From Octopus sinensis (Eukaryota): DNA of 64,000 nt. Each line of letters opens with the position of its first letter. Position 1 is the stretch's first letter. The stretch lies in the NCBI RefSeq assembly GCF_006345805.1, contig NC_043001.1, positions 98,580,001-98,644,000 on the forward strand, in the 5' to 3' direction. The translations under genes and the position numbers were made by a program. The notes under the pieces were generated by a model. That model saw nothing but the letters and a program-made list of their open reading frames with translations. It was not told where the DNA came from and did not search any database. Positions 51,474 to 63,577 of the stretch are shown here, piece after piece.

Positions 51474-52561
51474 CTAGCAGTATCGCCCGGCGTTGCTCGG
51501 GTTTGTAAGGGAAATAACTATATAAGCATTTTTAGTGAGTTATAGCAAAAAAATGCATTAAAAATGAAATAAAAAATGATGGTAATTTTTTTTTTAAATC
51601 GTTGACTCATCGTAGATATTTTTAGAGAGTTACTTCCCTTATATAATAGCGAAAAATGCAAAAAAATGGAATAAAAAATGATGGTAATTTTTTTTTTAAA
51701 TCGTTGACTCATCGTAGACATTTTTAGAGAGTTACTTCCCTTATATAATAGCGAAAAATGCATTAAAATGGAATAAAAAATGATGGTAAATTTTTTTTTA
51801 AATCGTAGACTCATCGTAGACGCGCACTAATACCCAGAAGGGCTCGATATGAATCACGACTATAAGATACCGGGTTTTGGTTAAACTGCACTGCAAAATG
51901 TGGGAGTAGTTAGGAATCTAAATCGTAGGAGACAGACACACAACCTTACTTTTATATATAAAGATTTGTGCGCGAAAGTGTGAATGCGCATGCGCGAACG
52001 TGTGACTGCGCATGCGCGAAAGTGTGACTGCGCGTGCGCGAAAGTGTGACTGCGCATGCACGAACGTGTGACTGCGCATGCGCGAACGTGTGACTGCGCA
52101 AGCGCGAACGTGCGACTGCGCATGCGCGAACGTGTGACTGCGCATGCACGAAAGTGTGAATGCGCATGCGCGAACGTGTTACTGCGCATGCGCGAAAGTT
52201 TGAATGCGCATGCACGCACGTGTGACTGCGCATGCCCGAACGTGTGACTGCATGCGCAGTCACACTTTATGAGGGAGGGAAGAAGGGGAGAAGCAGCACA
52301 GGTGCAGGTGTGAGCATGGACGCCAACTCCGCCGCCATTGACACACGAAAAAATTGGAAGAAATGGAAAAAAATGATGTTAAATTATTTTTAAAATCGTA
52401 GACTCATTGTAGACGCGCGCTAATACCCAGACGGGCTCGATATGAATCACGACTATAAGATACCCGAATTTGGTTAAACTGCACCGCAAAATGTAGGAGT
52501 AGTTAGGAATCTAAATCGTAGGAGACAGACACTCACACAACTTCACTTTTATATATATTGA
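51474..52561 (-). mobile_element. Composite non-autonomous Helitron (two 5' modules, one 3' end)
   Basis: The 3' CTAG and hairpin at 51474-51502 match 40971. Three about 100-bp tandem units at 51525-51820. 5' TC ends at about 51964 and 52561. Confidence 0.82.
51968..52268. repeat. 22-bp CpG-rich minisatellite (TGCGCATGCGCGAAMGTGTGAC)n
   Basis: 12 full units from 51985, a partial unit before them and an inverted final unit. Confidence 0.95.
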
Positions 52562-52572
52562 TATATATATAT

Positions 52573-52909
52573 ACGGAGATGTACTCGCATAGCAAGTAAT
52601 TTGATCTGAGATCGTGTGCTGAAACGAAAACAATTGCAGCGTGGAAGGTGTTTATAAGCCATTTAAGAAACACACAAAAGCCGTTCGATTCACTCCAACA
52701 TTTAAGTTTAATTTGTCAAAATATTTTCGTCGCTAAAATCCGCGACCTGTTCACTGACAAAGTCCGTGCTGCACGGACTTTGTCAGTGAACAGGTCGCGG
52801 ATTTTAGCGACGAAAATATTTTGACAAATTAAACTTAAATGTTGGAGTGAATCGAACGGCTTTTGTGTGTTTCTTAAATGGCTTATAAACACCTTCCACA
52901 CTGCAATTG
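52573..52909. repeat. Near-perfect 279-bp palindrome plus a one-sided overhang, in (TA)n
   Basis: 52631-52769 mirrors 52771-52909 around a 1-nt centre, with one mismatch seen. Confidence 0.95.
52780..52827 (+). ncRNA. Hammerhead motif with G3:C8 swapped core (mirror copy 52713-52760 on minus)
   Basis: TTGTCA-GTGAACA-G-GTCGC(ggatttta)GCGAC-GAAA-ATAT-T-T-TGACAA. Confidence 0.62.
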
Positions 52910-52924
52910 GTTTGATATATATAT

Positions 52925-53225
52925 ATATATATGAATTAGAAAAAAAAAACACCTTTTATAAATTCAATAATGAAAAATTAAATTATACCATTTAGAAAAA
53001 TTACATCTTATAGAAAGATCAAATATAAGATAAAACATATAACAATGATTAAGTAAAGTGCAAAATATATACGCTTTATTTATTATTTTGCACTTTACTT
53101 AATCATTGTTATATGTTTTATTTTATATTTAATCTTTCTATAAGATGTAATTTTTCTAAACAGTATAATTTAATTTTTCATTATTGAATTGATAAAAGGT
53201 GGTTATTGTTTCTAATTTATATATA
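52925..53225. repeat. AT-rich fold-back (arms about 140 bp) in (TA)n
   Basis: AACAATGATTAAGTAAAGTGCAAAATA mirrored by TATTTTGCACTTTACTTAATCATTGTT. No hammerhead core seen. Confidence 0.9.
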
Positions 53226-53271
53226 TATATTATATTTAGTGAAATTTGATTTAGTATTTCTAAATTGAATT

Positions 53272-53462
53272 TACTGGCTCCGTGCTGGTGGCACGTAAAA
53301 GCACCCACTACACTCTCGGAGTGGTTGGCGTTAGGAAGGGCATCCAGCTGTAGAAACTCTGCCAGATCAAGGCTGAAGCTTGGTGCAGACATCTGGTTCG
53401 CCAGCCCTCCGTCATTCGTCCAACCCATGCTAGCATGGAAAGCAGACATTAAACAATGATGA

Positions 53463-53466
<4 letters not shown>
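53272..53466 (+). mobile_element. RTE LINE 3' UTR fragment
   Basis: GGCACGTAAAAGCACCCACTACAC...GCATGGAAAGCAGACATTAAACAATGATGAT. Confidence 0.85.
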
Positions 53467-53489
<23 letters not shown>

Positions 53490-53500
<11 letters not shown>

Positions 53501-53690
53501 GAAAGAATGGAGTCGAACGACGATTTAACAAAATTCCTTTATTCTCGACATATGTTTCGAAGACTGCATATTCTCAATTCCGAAGGAATAAAGGGTGCAT
53601 TATGCCGCCTTCTCATCAGGAAAAACATATGTCGAGAATAAAGGAATTTTGTTAAATTGTTGTTCGACTCCATTCTTTCATTTATTTATA
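53490..53690. repeat. Fold-back (arms about 67 bp) next to (TA)n
   Basis: 53491-53557 mirrors 53623-53689. Confidence 0.9.
53542..53624 (-). ncRNA. Type I hammerhead motif, canonical core
   Basis: Minus strand TTTTC-CTGATGA-GAAGGCGGCATA...TATGCAGTCTTC-GAAA-CATATG-TC-GAGAA: long stem II, palindromic ACATATGT, GUC site. Confidence 0.78.
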
Positions 53691-53840
53691 GTAAAAAAAC
53701 ACACAAATTTCCACACGAAAGCACATTATTTCTGCCCTTGGCATGTAGCTTCAACCGTGATTTCTGACGTAAATTTGCTACCCAGGTATCAGTTAACCGA
53801 ATTATCCATACTAGGATAATTCATTCAACTACTTAAACAC

Positions 53841-53875
<35 letters not shown>

Positions 53876-54479
53876 TACACAAGTGAAAATGATAAAATTT
53901 AATGGGAAACATTACAAAAATAATAAAAATTAAGCTCTCATCAGCTGTCTCACTAAACATCAGAATATTTTCAATGCTTCTGATAAAACTGCATACCTTA
54001 AGAGTATCAACAACGGTGGTTAGGCAATATATAGAAAGGGGGCAATATGTATAAACTGTAAAATATATGGTCAAGCCTTAGTGGTGGGAAAGGATCAAAA
54101 TAATGACAATTAAAAGACACATGGTTAAGACTAGTGATCATGACAAAAAGCATGAAAATTATAGGTTAACTTATGGCAAAATTATATAAAACATGTTTCC
54201 TATCATAAAAATAAAATGTTAGTCAGGATAACAATGAAACAAAACAATGCAAAACAATAGTACAGACACATAATGTGAAAGAAAGAAAATACCTTATAAG
54301 TGCTAGATGAAGTCCTTGAGCAAATAATAGAGAAGAAAAGGATGTGTACTCACTAGACAAGCTGAAAGATGACAGAGAAATCAATGGCCAACATGAAAGC
54401 AAAAAGTTGTTCTATTGTTTTGTGTTGTTTTGTTTTATTTATTTTTATTGTAATCAATCAACTTGTAATCTTAGGTCTC

Positions 54480-54890
54480 AACCATGGGAATGATAAGTGA
54501 ACTGAGGAAATAACTCTTTTCTCATATGAAGGAGGCAAATCCCTAGTCTGGGACATGACATGTTGTGACACATTCTCCAGTGCCAACCTTGCTGCATCAG
54601 CCACAAACCCAGGTATTGCCACCCGTAACATAGATAAGAGAAAGATAGACAAATATAGGAGCCCGATCAGCTGCTATCTGTTTGAACCGGTTGCCCTTTG
54701 TGTTGGTTGCCATCAAAACCTCTGGCGTTTTTGGACCCTGTACTGCTGATTTCCTCTTTAAAATTGAAATAGCTGTGGCCTGTTTGAGAAATGAGACCCA
54801 CAAGTTTAGGTGGGTGTTGAAGCAAGTGCCACTGACCATTTTCTGGAGCAATGCCTTTGCAATTATGTCTACAAAGTGCAACTGAACATG
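54480..54890 (+). mobile_element. C-terminal restriction-like endonuclease fragment of a CRE/R2-group non-LTR element
   Basis: ITLFSYEGGKSLVWDMTCCDTF...KRKIDKY...YLFEPVA / IKTSGVFGP resembles RPDG..GKxLxWDxTC..KxxKY..FxPxAxETxGxxG. Confidence 0.7.
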
Positions 54891-55289
54891 CTTTTTGGTC
54901 TGTGGTTTACAATGTTACTCCCTTTCCCCTGTTTTTGCTGCTTAAATCCCCCACGCCCAACTTTTTTTTCTTTTTGTCTGTTTCCTGGGTGTTTTTCCAA
55001 GGTAATTTGATCTTTTATACTTTTTATGCTTTTTTTTCTTTCTTTTCTTCTTGTGAAAAACATGTTAATAAATTTAACTCTATTAATTTGCTCTATGATA
55101 AATTCAGCACTGGAATAAAACTGTGATGCCCCCTTACCTTGGTGCCCTAAGTGCGTTCTTAATTGGTTTAATGATTAATCTGGTTCTGGCCTTTCTCTAA
55201 ATATTTGTAGCCTGTGCTAATGTAAATGTTGAGAGTAAAGCCCTGGTAGGATGATCTAACTATGAGGTGGGAAGCTGCAGGCTGATGCA

Positions 55290-55450
55290 TATGCACACGA
55301 AGTTTTTTATTGGAAACATGCTTGGCTGGATGTGATTGGGGAAGATCTTCAGAGGCTCGACATTGCCTTGGAGGATGCTGAGGAGCTGGTACAGGACCAC
55401 TAGCAATAGAGACCACTGGTGAACCTGGTCAGCTCTATGCATAATGATGT
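55290..55450 (+). mobile_element. LINE (RTE-type) C-terminal remnant
   Basis: Plus frame WLDVIGEDLQRLDIALEDAEELVQDH*Q*RPLV. Confidence 0.5.
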
Positions 55451-56050
55451 CTCTGGGACCACTAATCTGGGATGACCCCAGCCCCATCAATTAAGAGCCT
55501 GAAGCAAGCAAACAATCTAATGCAAAAAAACATTACTATTCTTATCAAAGGTAACAAGATGATGGAATTTATAGAGGCAGAACAAAAATGTGTTGCAGAA
55601 TTTAATTGTTTATGATATTCTGTGCAGGCATAGATGTGTGGTGAAGAAGCTGAATTTGAAATTACATGACTTCAGATTCAGTCCTACAGCACAATACCTT
55701 GGACTTGTACCATAACTCAGGTCAAGTAAATTTTTATAATGAAATTCATTAGATGGAAACTTTGTAGAAAAACTTCAAGTAGACCATTTCTGTTCTGAGT
55801 AGTAAACTTAACTGGTTGCCTTGTTTAACACCACCACTTGGCTTTTGAGTGTTTTTAGTAGTGTTCATTCTGGTGCATTCATATAAACCAGGGCTCTTGT
55901 TTAACGATAATTTTCCCCCTTTCTGTACCCCCTCCAATGGTGGAGGACCTGAAAAAGGGTTAGGGATAATGTCCCTGCTTCAATAAAGATATATGAAAAG
56001 GACATTTTAATGTTAAAATCCTTTTGGAATCAATTTGAGCTTTGCTCTTT

Positions 56051-56306
56051 ATCATCATCATCATCATCATCATCATTTAGCGTCCGCTTTCCATGCTAGC
56101 ATGGGTTGGACAGTTCAACTGGGGTCTGGGAAGCCAGAAGGCTGCACCAGGCCCAGTCTGATCTGGCAATGTTTCTACGGCTGGATGCCCTTCCTAACGC
56201 CAACCACTCCGTGAGTGTAGTGGGTGCTTTTTATGTGCCTCCGGCACAGGTGCCAGATGGGGCTGGCAAACGGCCATGGTCGGATGGTGCTTTTTACGTG
56301 CCACCG
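56051..56306 (-). mobile_element. RTE LINE 3' UTR fragment with (GAT)n tail
   Basis: Near-identical to 4764-5020. Confidence 0.88.
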
Positions 56307-56641
56307 TCATTGATAAATTACATGTAAGTAATTTACTAGTGTCAGTAAAAATCAACTGTACTATATCCTTCCTCTTTCCATAATAATATTGCTATATGTG
56401 GTTATTTGGTCTGTCTTTACATTCTGAGTTCAAATTCCACCAAGTTCGACTTTGCCTTTCATCCTTTCAGGGTCAATAAATTAAGTACCAGTTGCATATT
56501 AGGGTTGATCTAATCGACTGACTCCCTCCCACCAAAAAACTTTGGGCCTTGTGCCTAGAGTAGAAAAGAATATTGCTGTGTGTGTGTGTGTGTGTGTGCA
56601 CATATAAGCTGAAAAACAAATAGACAGACAGGCATGCAGAC

Positions 56642-56688
<47 letters not shown>

Positions 56689-57234
56689 CAGATAGACAGA
56701 TAGATAGATAGATAGATAGATAGACAGACACACAAACACACAGAAACACAGACAGATGGACAAACAGACAGACAGATGAAGTAAACTGGCTTTAAATGTG
56801 AAACAAATTGGGTTATAGGAAAACTTGACAAATATAGATTTATTTTGTTTTGATATTAATGTCCTTTGTATTTTTTCTTTTCAGAATATTTTCCATGGTA
56901 ACAGACTCTTTGCCTTATGCTTTTAGATGCTATAATGGCCAAACATGTATACATAACTCACCTGGTTTGCCATGTTGATGCATACAAATATATAATCACA
57001 CTGTGATAAAATATATAAACTGTGAAAAAAAATATAAACTCAGTAAAAATATTAAAAAAACAATCTGAAAATATAAAACCATGTGAAAATATTAAAAAAA
57101 AACTCTGTGTAAATATAAAACAGTGTGAATATATACACCCGTGAAAATATTTTTTTAAAAATGTGAAAATATATGGTTTATATATACTTATACACACACA
57201 CACACACACACACACACGTACATAGATATGTACC

Positions 57235-57790
57235 AGTGTGGAAGATCAGCAGCAGCTGCCCCAAAGTGTCTACAAGACACTACCTGACCCCAAAGCATGA
57301 TATAGTCACAAAGACTATTTACAACACTGCATGCCCTGATATATACATCAAAGGCTTGTCAGAACCAGCATGTATTCACACATTTATAAACAAAGAATAC
57401 TGGTGAAACGCCCCATTAAAAAAGGCAATTCGGTGCAAACATATCAGACCAGATATTGTTCTGTGGGACAAGGTACAAAGTCATGCACTGTTGTAGAGGT
57501 CAGCTGCCCAGCAGATGTGAACATGCAATCAAAAGTTCAAGAAAAGGAGAACATTTATAGTGAATTAATGCAAGATTTAAGTTATTGTACCCTGACTATA
57601 AAGTCGCATTTGCAACTATCATTATAGGTGCATTAAGTTATGTATCTACAAATTTACACAAAAATCTAGAAATAATAAGTTTTTCTAAGAAAGAGCGAAA
57701 AAGCTGATACAGATTCTCCAAATCCAATCTATTAGCAGTACAGTGAAGATTTGTAATACATTCCAAAGATTCACTATCTGAAATTCTTTA
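57235..57790 (+). mobile_element. RLE-type (R4/NeSL-like) LINE C-terminal remnant
   Basis: ISSSCPK..HDIVTKTIYN, RPDIVLWDK, CTVVEVSCPADVN..QEKENIY, IIIGAL. Confidence 0.72.
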
Positions 57791-60532
57791 GATAAATAGG
57801 TGCACACACCTGGGTGTGTGCATTGACAGCTCAACCAACACACCAACTCAACACATGTTTACAAACATCAAGAACTCCCTTAACTCAAAAATCTTGTCGT
57901 TTTGTTAGCAACCAGCTTGAACTATCTCAAGAAGAACTGAAATAAAACTCAGAGGAGAAACATACATATTATGTCAGGTCACTTATGAGTGCTACTAGTA
58001 ACATATAGTTTGATAGGACTTGTATGGTTAGGTCATAAGCAACAAAACCAGTTCCCTTATCTGACTTACTAGGTAAGAAGGGTTACAAGAAATATTAGTC
58101 CAAAATAATTGACCCTATGTTGGGATGAACTCATTGATAAACTTTAAAATTCTGGGTTAGTGTCCAGCACTGCTGAGTTTACTACACTAGTAGTGTAATT
58201 GGGTAGATAGTCTTGCTTATTAGTATTGGAAAGTAACCAGATCCAAAGAAGAATATCTCAGAACATAAACACTTACTGCTTATAAGAGCTTATGAAGGGA
58301 AGAAAAGTCAAGGGAGTCAACTCCAACAATAAAGTGGGTCAGAAGAGTGTTCAGAATCATGAAGAGGGTATGAAGACACAATGAATGGGTTGTATCTGTG
58401 GCCTCTGATCCTCAGTGATAAGAAAGGGGATATTCATTCAGCCATTTAGTAATGGTTCTCTACATTATGTGTTCAAATCCCAGAGAGGTCAGTTTTGCCT
58501 TTCATCCACCTTCCAAGATAAGTTCTAGTCCAAGGTAGTGGATTGTTAGTGTGGGACAAAGTGCTTTACAATATTTGTTCTGGTTCTTTATATTCTGGAG
58601 ACCCAAGCAGGTGCAATAAAATTGTCTCTATCTAAAATGATAAGATGGTGTCTTGTAAAAAAAAAAAGACCTGGAAGCAGGAAACCATTTTTGAATTCAT
58701 TCATGAAAATTCCATAACAAGTACATAGCACCCATTAACAAGTCACCATGTGTCGTTCACAAACTAAAGGCACAAAAGGAAAGGATCAAACACAAAGTTG
58801 AATATTAAACAACAGTTTTGAACACAGAATATAAAAGACTGGAAATAGATACTACAAGGTGTTTTGTCTGACTTCACTCTTCCACAAATTTGTGTCCAGG
58901 AAACAGTAATTTATTCCTAAAATACCCAGTTCTTGAAGAGTATTTATTTTTCAGTTCCAAAAGAAACAAAAGTCAAAACTGACCACAAATATATAGGTGG
59001 TTGGGTGTATAACTGAGTGAATCATCCCACTAGGATATCACTGGTAATATTTTATTAACCTAGAAAGAGAAAAAACAAAGCTGATTTCATTGGGATTTCA
59101 ACCTGAAGACGTATGTTGCTCAACACTTAAGTACAGCCTGTCATTACTTGCAAGCAATTTTGGTTAGGTAGCATGAACCATGCTTTTGCTAATTGCTTCA
59201 AGAGACTATTAAATTTCAAACAGACACATCTTCACACACACACACCACCACCATCACCACTTGACCCAGTGGAGCATCCAGAATGTGACAGCTGTAGAGA
59301 GAAAGAGCTGCACCAGCACTGAGTTGGTACTTATTACAGCTGAGTGGACTGGACCAATGTGAAATGAAATGCCTGCACAATGACACAACATACCACCTTA
59401 ACCAGGAACTTGAACCCAAAATCTTATAATCATGAGCTAAATGCCCTTGCCATAAGCCATGCACCTTTGCACAAAACACTGCTAGACAGAAATTTGTTTG
59501 CTGCCATGGCTGCGTAAAAGAACCTTCATTTGTCAGTTATTTAGAGGAATGGTAAAGTTGACAGAAGTAACCTGAGTATATTACTGGTACTAAATAAATC
59601 AATGAGGAATACTCTACACAGTTGCTCAGTCTTCTAGAAACAGTAGCTAAATCTCTGTCAAATCACACCTTATGTCCTAAAAAAAGGTCACTTTTGATCA
59701 TATAGTCCGTCAATTTGTGGTATGGTCATGGCTGGAGTGCTTATGATTATATGTATGCTTATCAGGAATGACCACCACCACTACCAACAATAACAACAAC
59801 TGATATGAATTTTGGTCTGTCAGTTCCAAAAGGGTAAAAGATAAAGTTGATCTCAGGATTTTAGTTTTGATTTCCTTGCTGTAGCGGCAAGGAGCAGGTT
59901 GAATCATTAGAGTGAAAGATAGAAAATCTTAAAATATTTGTTGCAGCCTTCTGAGGTCCAACCTATTTGTCATTCTTTCAGGGTCAATAAAATAAAGTAC
60001 AAGTTTAGTGTAAGAATGATTATTGTCATTATTTTTATTACAGCAACAAGCTAGCAGAATCATTTTACATGCAGGACAAAATGCTTTGCGGTTTATTATT
60101 TGAAGTCTTTATATTCTGCCTTCAAATGCCACTGAGGTCAGCTTTGCCTTTCAGTCTTTCAGGGCCAATGAAATATGTACCAGTTGAGCACTAGAGTTGA
60201 TGTAATCAACTTCCTAGTCTCATCAAAACTATTGGCCCTTTGACAAAATTTGAAACCTATTATTATTATTATTATTATTATTATTTGGCGAGCGAGATGG
60301 CAAACAAGGCGGCGAGCTGGCAGACAGGGCAGTGAGCTGGCAGAGTTGTTAGCACACTGGACGAAATGCTTAACAGTATTTCGCCTGTCACTACATTCTG
60401 AGTTCAAATTACACCAAGGTTGACTTTGCCTTTCAACCTTTTGATAAATTAAGCACTAGTTGCATACTGGGGTTGACCTAATCGACTGACCCCCTTCCCC
60501 AAAATTTCAAGCCTTCTGCCTATAGTAGAAAG

Positions 60533-60579
<47 letters not shown>

Positions 60580-61245
60580 GTGAGAGAGCAGTGCACGCCA
60601 TCAAAGTGAGACTAGGGTACAAATATACAAAGCCCAATATACCCATTATGACTACCTGCTTGATAAGGGTACACCAGGCACATGCATCATAACCATATAT
60701 GTGTGTCATAATGATTTCATATCAAGATAAACAGTGCATGACCTTGCAGGTGAGGCCCGGTTACAAGTTTCAAGTTGAGTAGCCCATCCTGATCAAAAGG
60801 CCTCTGAATAAGGATTGTTTAAGGATTTTGAACAAAACATCCATGATTCCAGAGGTGAATTATTCAAACCCCAAAGTATTCCTCTCAACACATGGCTATG
60901 ATGTTCCCCCACTACTTCTGCTTATGATCAGAGATGCACATATTGTCAGCCACCAAGGGACATGCCCAACTGGTTAAGATCAGAAGCCATGAGAGTCAGT
61001 GCCTGGTATTGCACCAGGGCATTTATTATTATTACTATTATTATTATTATTGAGTGAGAGAGCAGTGCATGCCATCAAAGTGACACTGGGGTAAAACATA
61101 TGAAGCCCAGTATACCCATCATAACTACCCGTTTGATAAGGGTACACCAGGCACATGCATCACAACCATATGTGCACGGCATGGTGATCTCATATCAAGA
61201 TAAACAGCACATGACCTTGCAGGTGGGGCCCAGTTAAAATTTTCT
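60580..61245 (-). mobile_element. Two adjacent copies of a (TAA)n-tailed SINE-like repeat (family E)
   Basis: GTGAGAGAGCAGTGCAYGCCATCAAAGTG.. at 60580 and 61054, each adjoining (ATT)n. Inverted partial copy at 7915-8073. Confidence 0.75.
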
Positions 61246-61409
61246 TCTGGTCGAAAATTTCAGGCCTTGTGCCTATAGCTGAAAGGATTACACAAGTCTG
61301 CATTTTAAAATGAAGTGAAAGATGATTGTCTACTTACAGGTGATTCTGACCCATTTTTTAAAGCTGATTTCAAATGTTTTTAGTTTTTGCCTATCATGTA
61401 CAGATTTTG

Positions 61410-61561
61410 CACTGATGGCTGCCAAAGATATGATGATTTTTCTTGTCATTCCCTTTTGTGGCAGACTTTTAGATAAAAGTATGATGAGATTAAGAACAAA
61501 TGACATGGTAAATGTATTAAAAAATATATTTAGTATATATGTAGGCCTACATACTATTTAT

Positions 61562-61604
<43 letters not shown>

Positions 61605-63030
61605 GAAGAAGAAGAAGAAGAAGAAGAAGAAGAAGAAGAGAGATGTTGAATGATGATGATGATGATGATATGAATTAGTATATTGACTAAATATATTTTT
61701 TTAATGTACTTACCATGACTTCAAAGTAATTTTACTCCTTTTCAAATTTTCTTTACTTTGATTTCCTTCCAGCTTTTGGTAGTTGCTTGCAGTCTCTCTT
61801 TAGGGTCCAGTACTAATTCACCATCATGTTCACATTCCACTCCCCTGGTACCTCCACTCCATTTTTTTTAATGTTGTGGTGAAATCACTCGCCATGCTCT
61901 TCACTTAGATTGCCAAGGTACTCTGGGAAATAGTCGAGGTGTCAGTGAAGAAAGTGCATTTTAACATTCATTTTGCACTCAAGCTTTTTGAAGTTTTGCA
62001 ACTCAGTATCAACTATAACTTTGTAATTTGAACACTTATTGTTTCCCAAAAAGTTCTAGACAACACACTTGAAGCTCACCCATGCCTGTTTTAGAGATTC
62101 ATTCATGGATTTCTCATAATCTGGACCAACAAATATTCCTGCTTTAATTTTCTCACTGGTTATATTTGGGAATATATTTCTGAGATACTGCAAACATGGT
62201 TCCTCTGCAGGCAAAGATTTAACAAAATGTTTCATCAAATCCAGTTTGATGTGCAAAGGTGGTAGCAGTACTTTTGTAGGTTCAATCAAGGGCTTGTGCA
62301 GAATGGTTTTGGATCCTAGGTAACAAACTTCTCCTTTGTGGCCAGTTTTTATCCATGCAGTGTTTTTCTTTAGCTCTGTTGTCCCATTCACATAAAAAAA
62401 AACATTGCATTTTTGTGTAGCCTGCCTGCTGACCTAAAAGCATGCCTAAAATTTTGAAATCACTGCACACTTGCCAGTGGTATTCTGCATACTTTATATT
62501 TGACAAAAGATTTTTTTTACATTTTTATACGTCTCCTTTAGTTGTACAGAATGTGCCACTGGAATAGATGAATATTTATTTCTATTGTGTAGCAAGACAG
62601 CCTTCAAACTCCTTTTAGAGGAATCAATGAATAGCCTACATTCTGAAGGATTGCTCTTGATCTCAAAAGAGTTTAGCAGGTTTGGAATATTATAGCAAAA
62701 CACCACTGATTCATACACAGCAAAGAATGGTAACAACTCGTGTTCCCTGTGACAATACCAAGAGAAGAGGGTTCCCGGTAACAAAAGTTTTTTCATTTTT
62801 AGCCTTGAACCAAGTTCCACTGCATCCTTTGGAGGGTTCAAATCTTTCACCAAATGATTGAGCTTTTCCTGTGTAAATAACTGCAGACTTTCGATTTTGT
62901 CAGGAGTGTAGTCATCACTTTATTCTTCACATTTGTATTCATCACTATCTGATGTAACATTCTTCAAAGCAAGTGGGGTGAGAGGAACTGGAATGTCAAT
63001 TCCTGATTATTCTGGTCATGCCACAGAGGC
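61410..63030 (-). mobile_element. Decayed DNA transposon, CMC/Chapaev-3-like transposase
   Basis: ELGSRLK, RLFIDSSKRSLKAVLLHN..SIPVAHS, GQQAGYTK..FLCEWD, PPLHIKLDLMKHFVK, KMHFLH, EEHGE*FH. Possible CACTG terminus at 61410. The superfamily label is from recall. Confidence 0.72.
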
Positions 63031-63039
63031 ACACCTTTT

Positions 63040-63570
63040 GTAACATTTCTACTGTGCACTCTATTCCAATTTCCTTCATATTCTTCTTAATGCCTTCTGA
63101 ACCAAACAATAATTGGCACTATCTTCACCTTCTACATTTTCCATAGCCAGGCTATTTCGCACTTAAGAGGGTTATATTTATCTATTTTTTTGCCTTCCTT
63201 CTTGACTATTCATGTTTCCAAGGAGCACACATCAGCTATATAGTACATGTGATGCAACTTGTTGACCACCACTGCCCCCAGTCTGTTATGCTCTAACACC
63301 TGATCTGATTGGATTGAGAAATACCAGAAGATTTTGCAAGTCTCCAAGTCTGCCACTCTCTGTGGTTTGTACTCATACCATGTCTTGCCTCTCTCTTAGC
63401 CCCCACTTTTTGCTCAGTTTCCAATGTAGCACTTTGATAACCTTATCATGTTGCCACAGCTTGAAGTGGTTTTGGGCAATTCTAGGGCATTTGTTAGTGA
63501 TATAGGCAATGGTTTTGTCCACTCTATTACAGTGGAGATACTTGCTCATTCCTAAGGTCAGTGACACTTA
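63040..63570 (-). mobile_element. Old R4/Dong-like LINE remnant
   Basis: CPRIAQ..HDKVIKVLHWKLSKKWG, then YEYKPQRV..KIFWYFSIQSDQVLEHNR. Confidence 0.7.
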
Positions 63571-63577
63571 CTAATTC

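Noticed and set aside
51968-52268. Regular short-repeat array resembling CRISPR, and its RSRMRSHT ORFs
   Set aside because: Head-to-tail 22-mers with no unique spacers, no cas genes, eukaryotic context.
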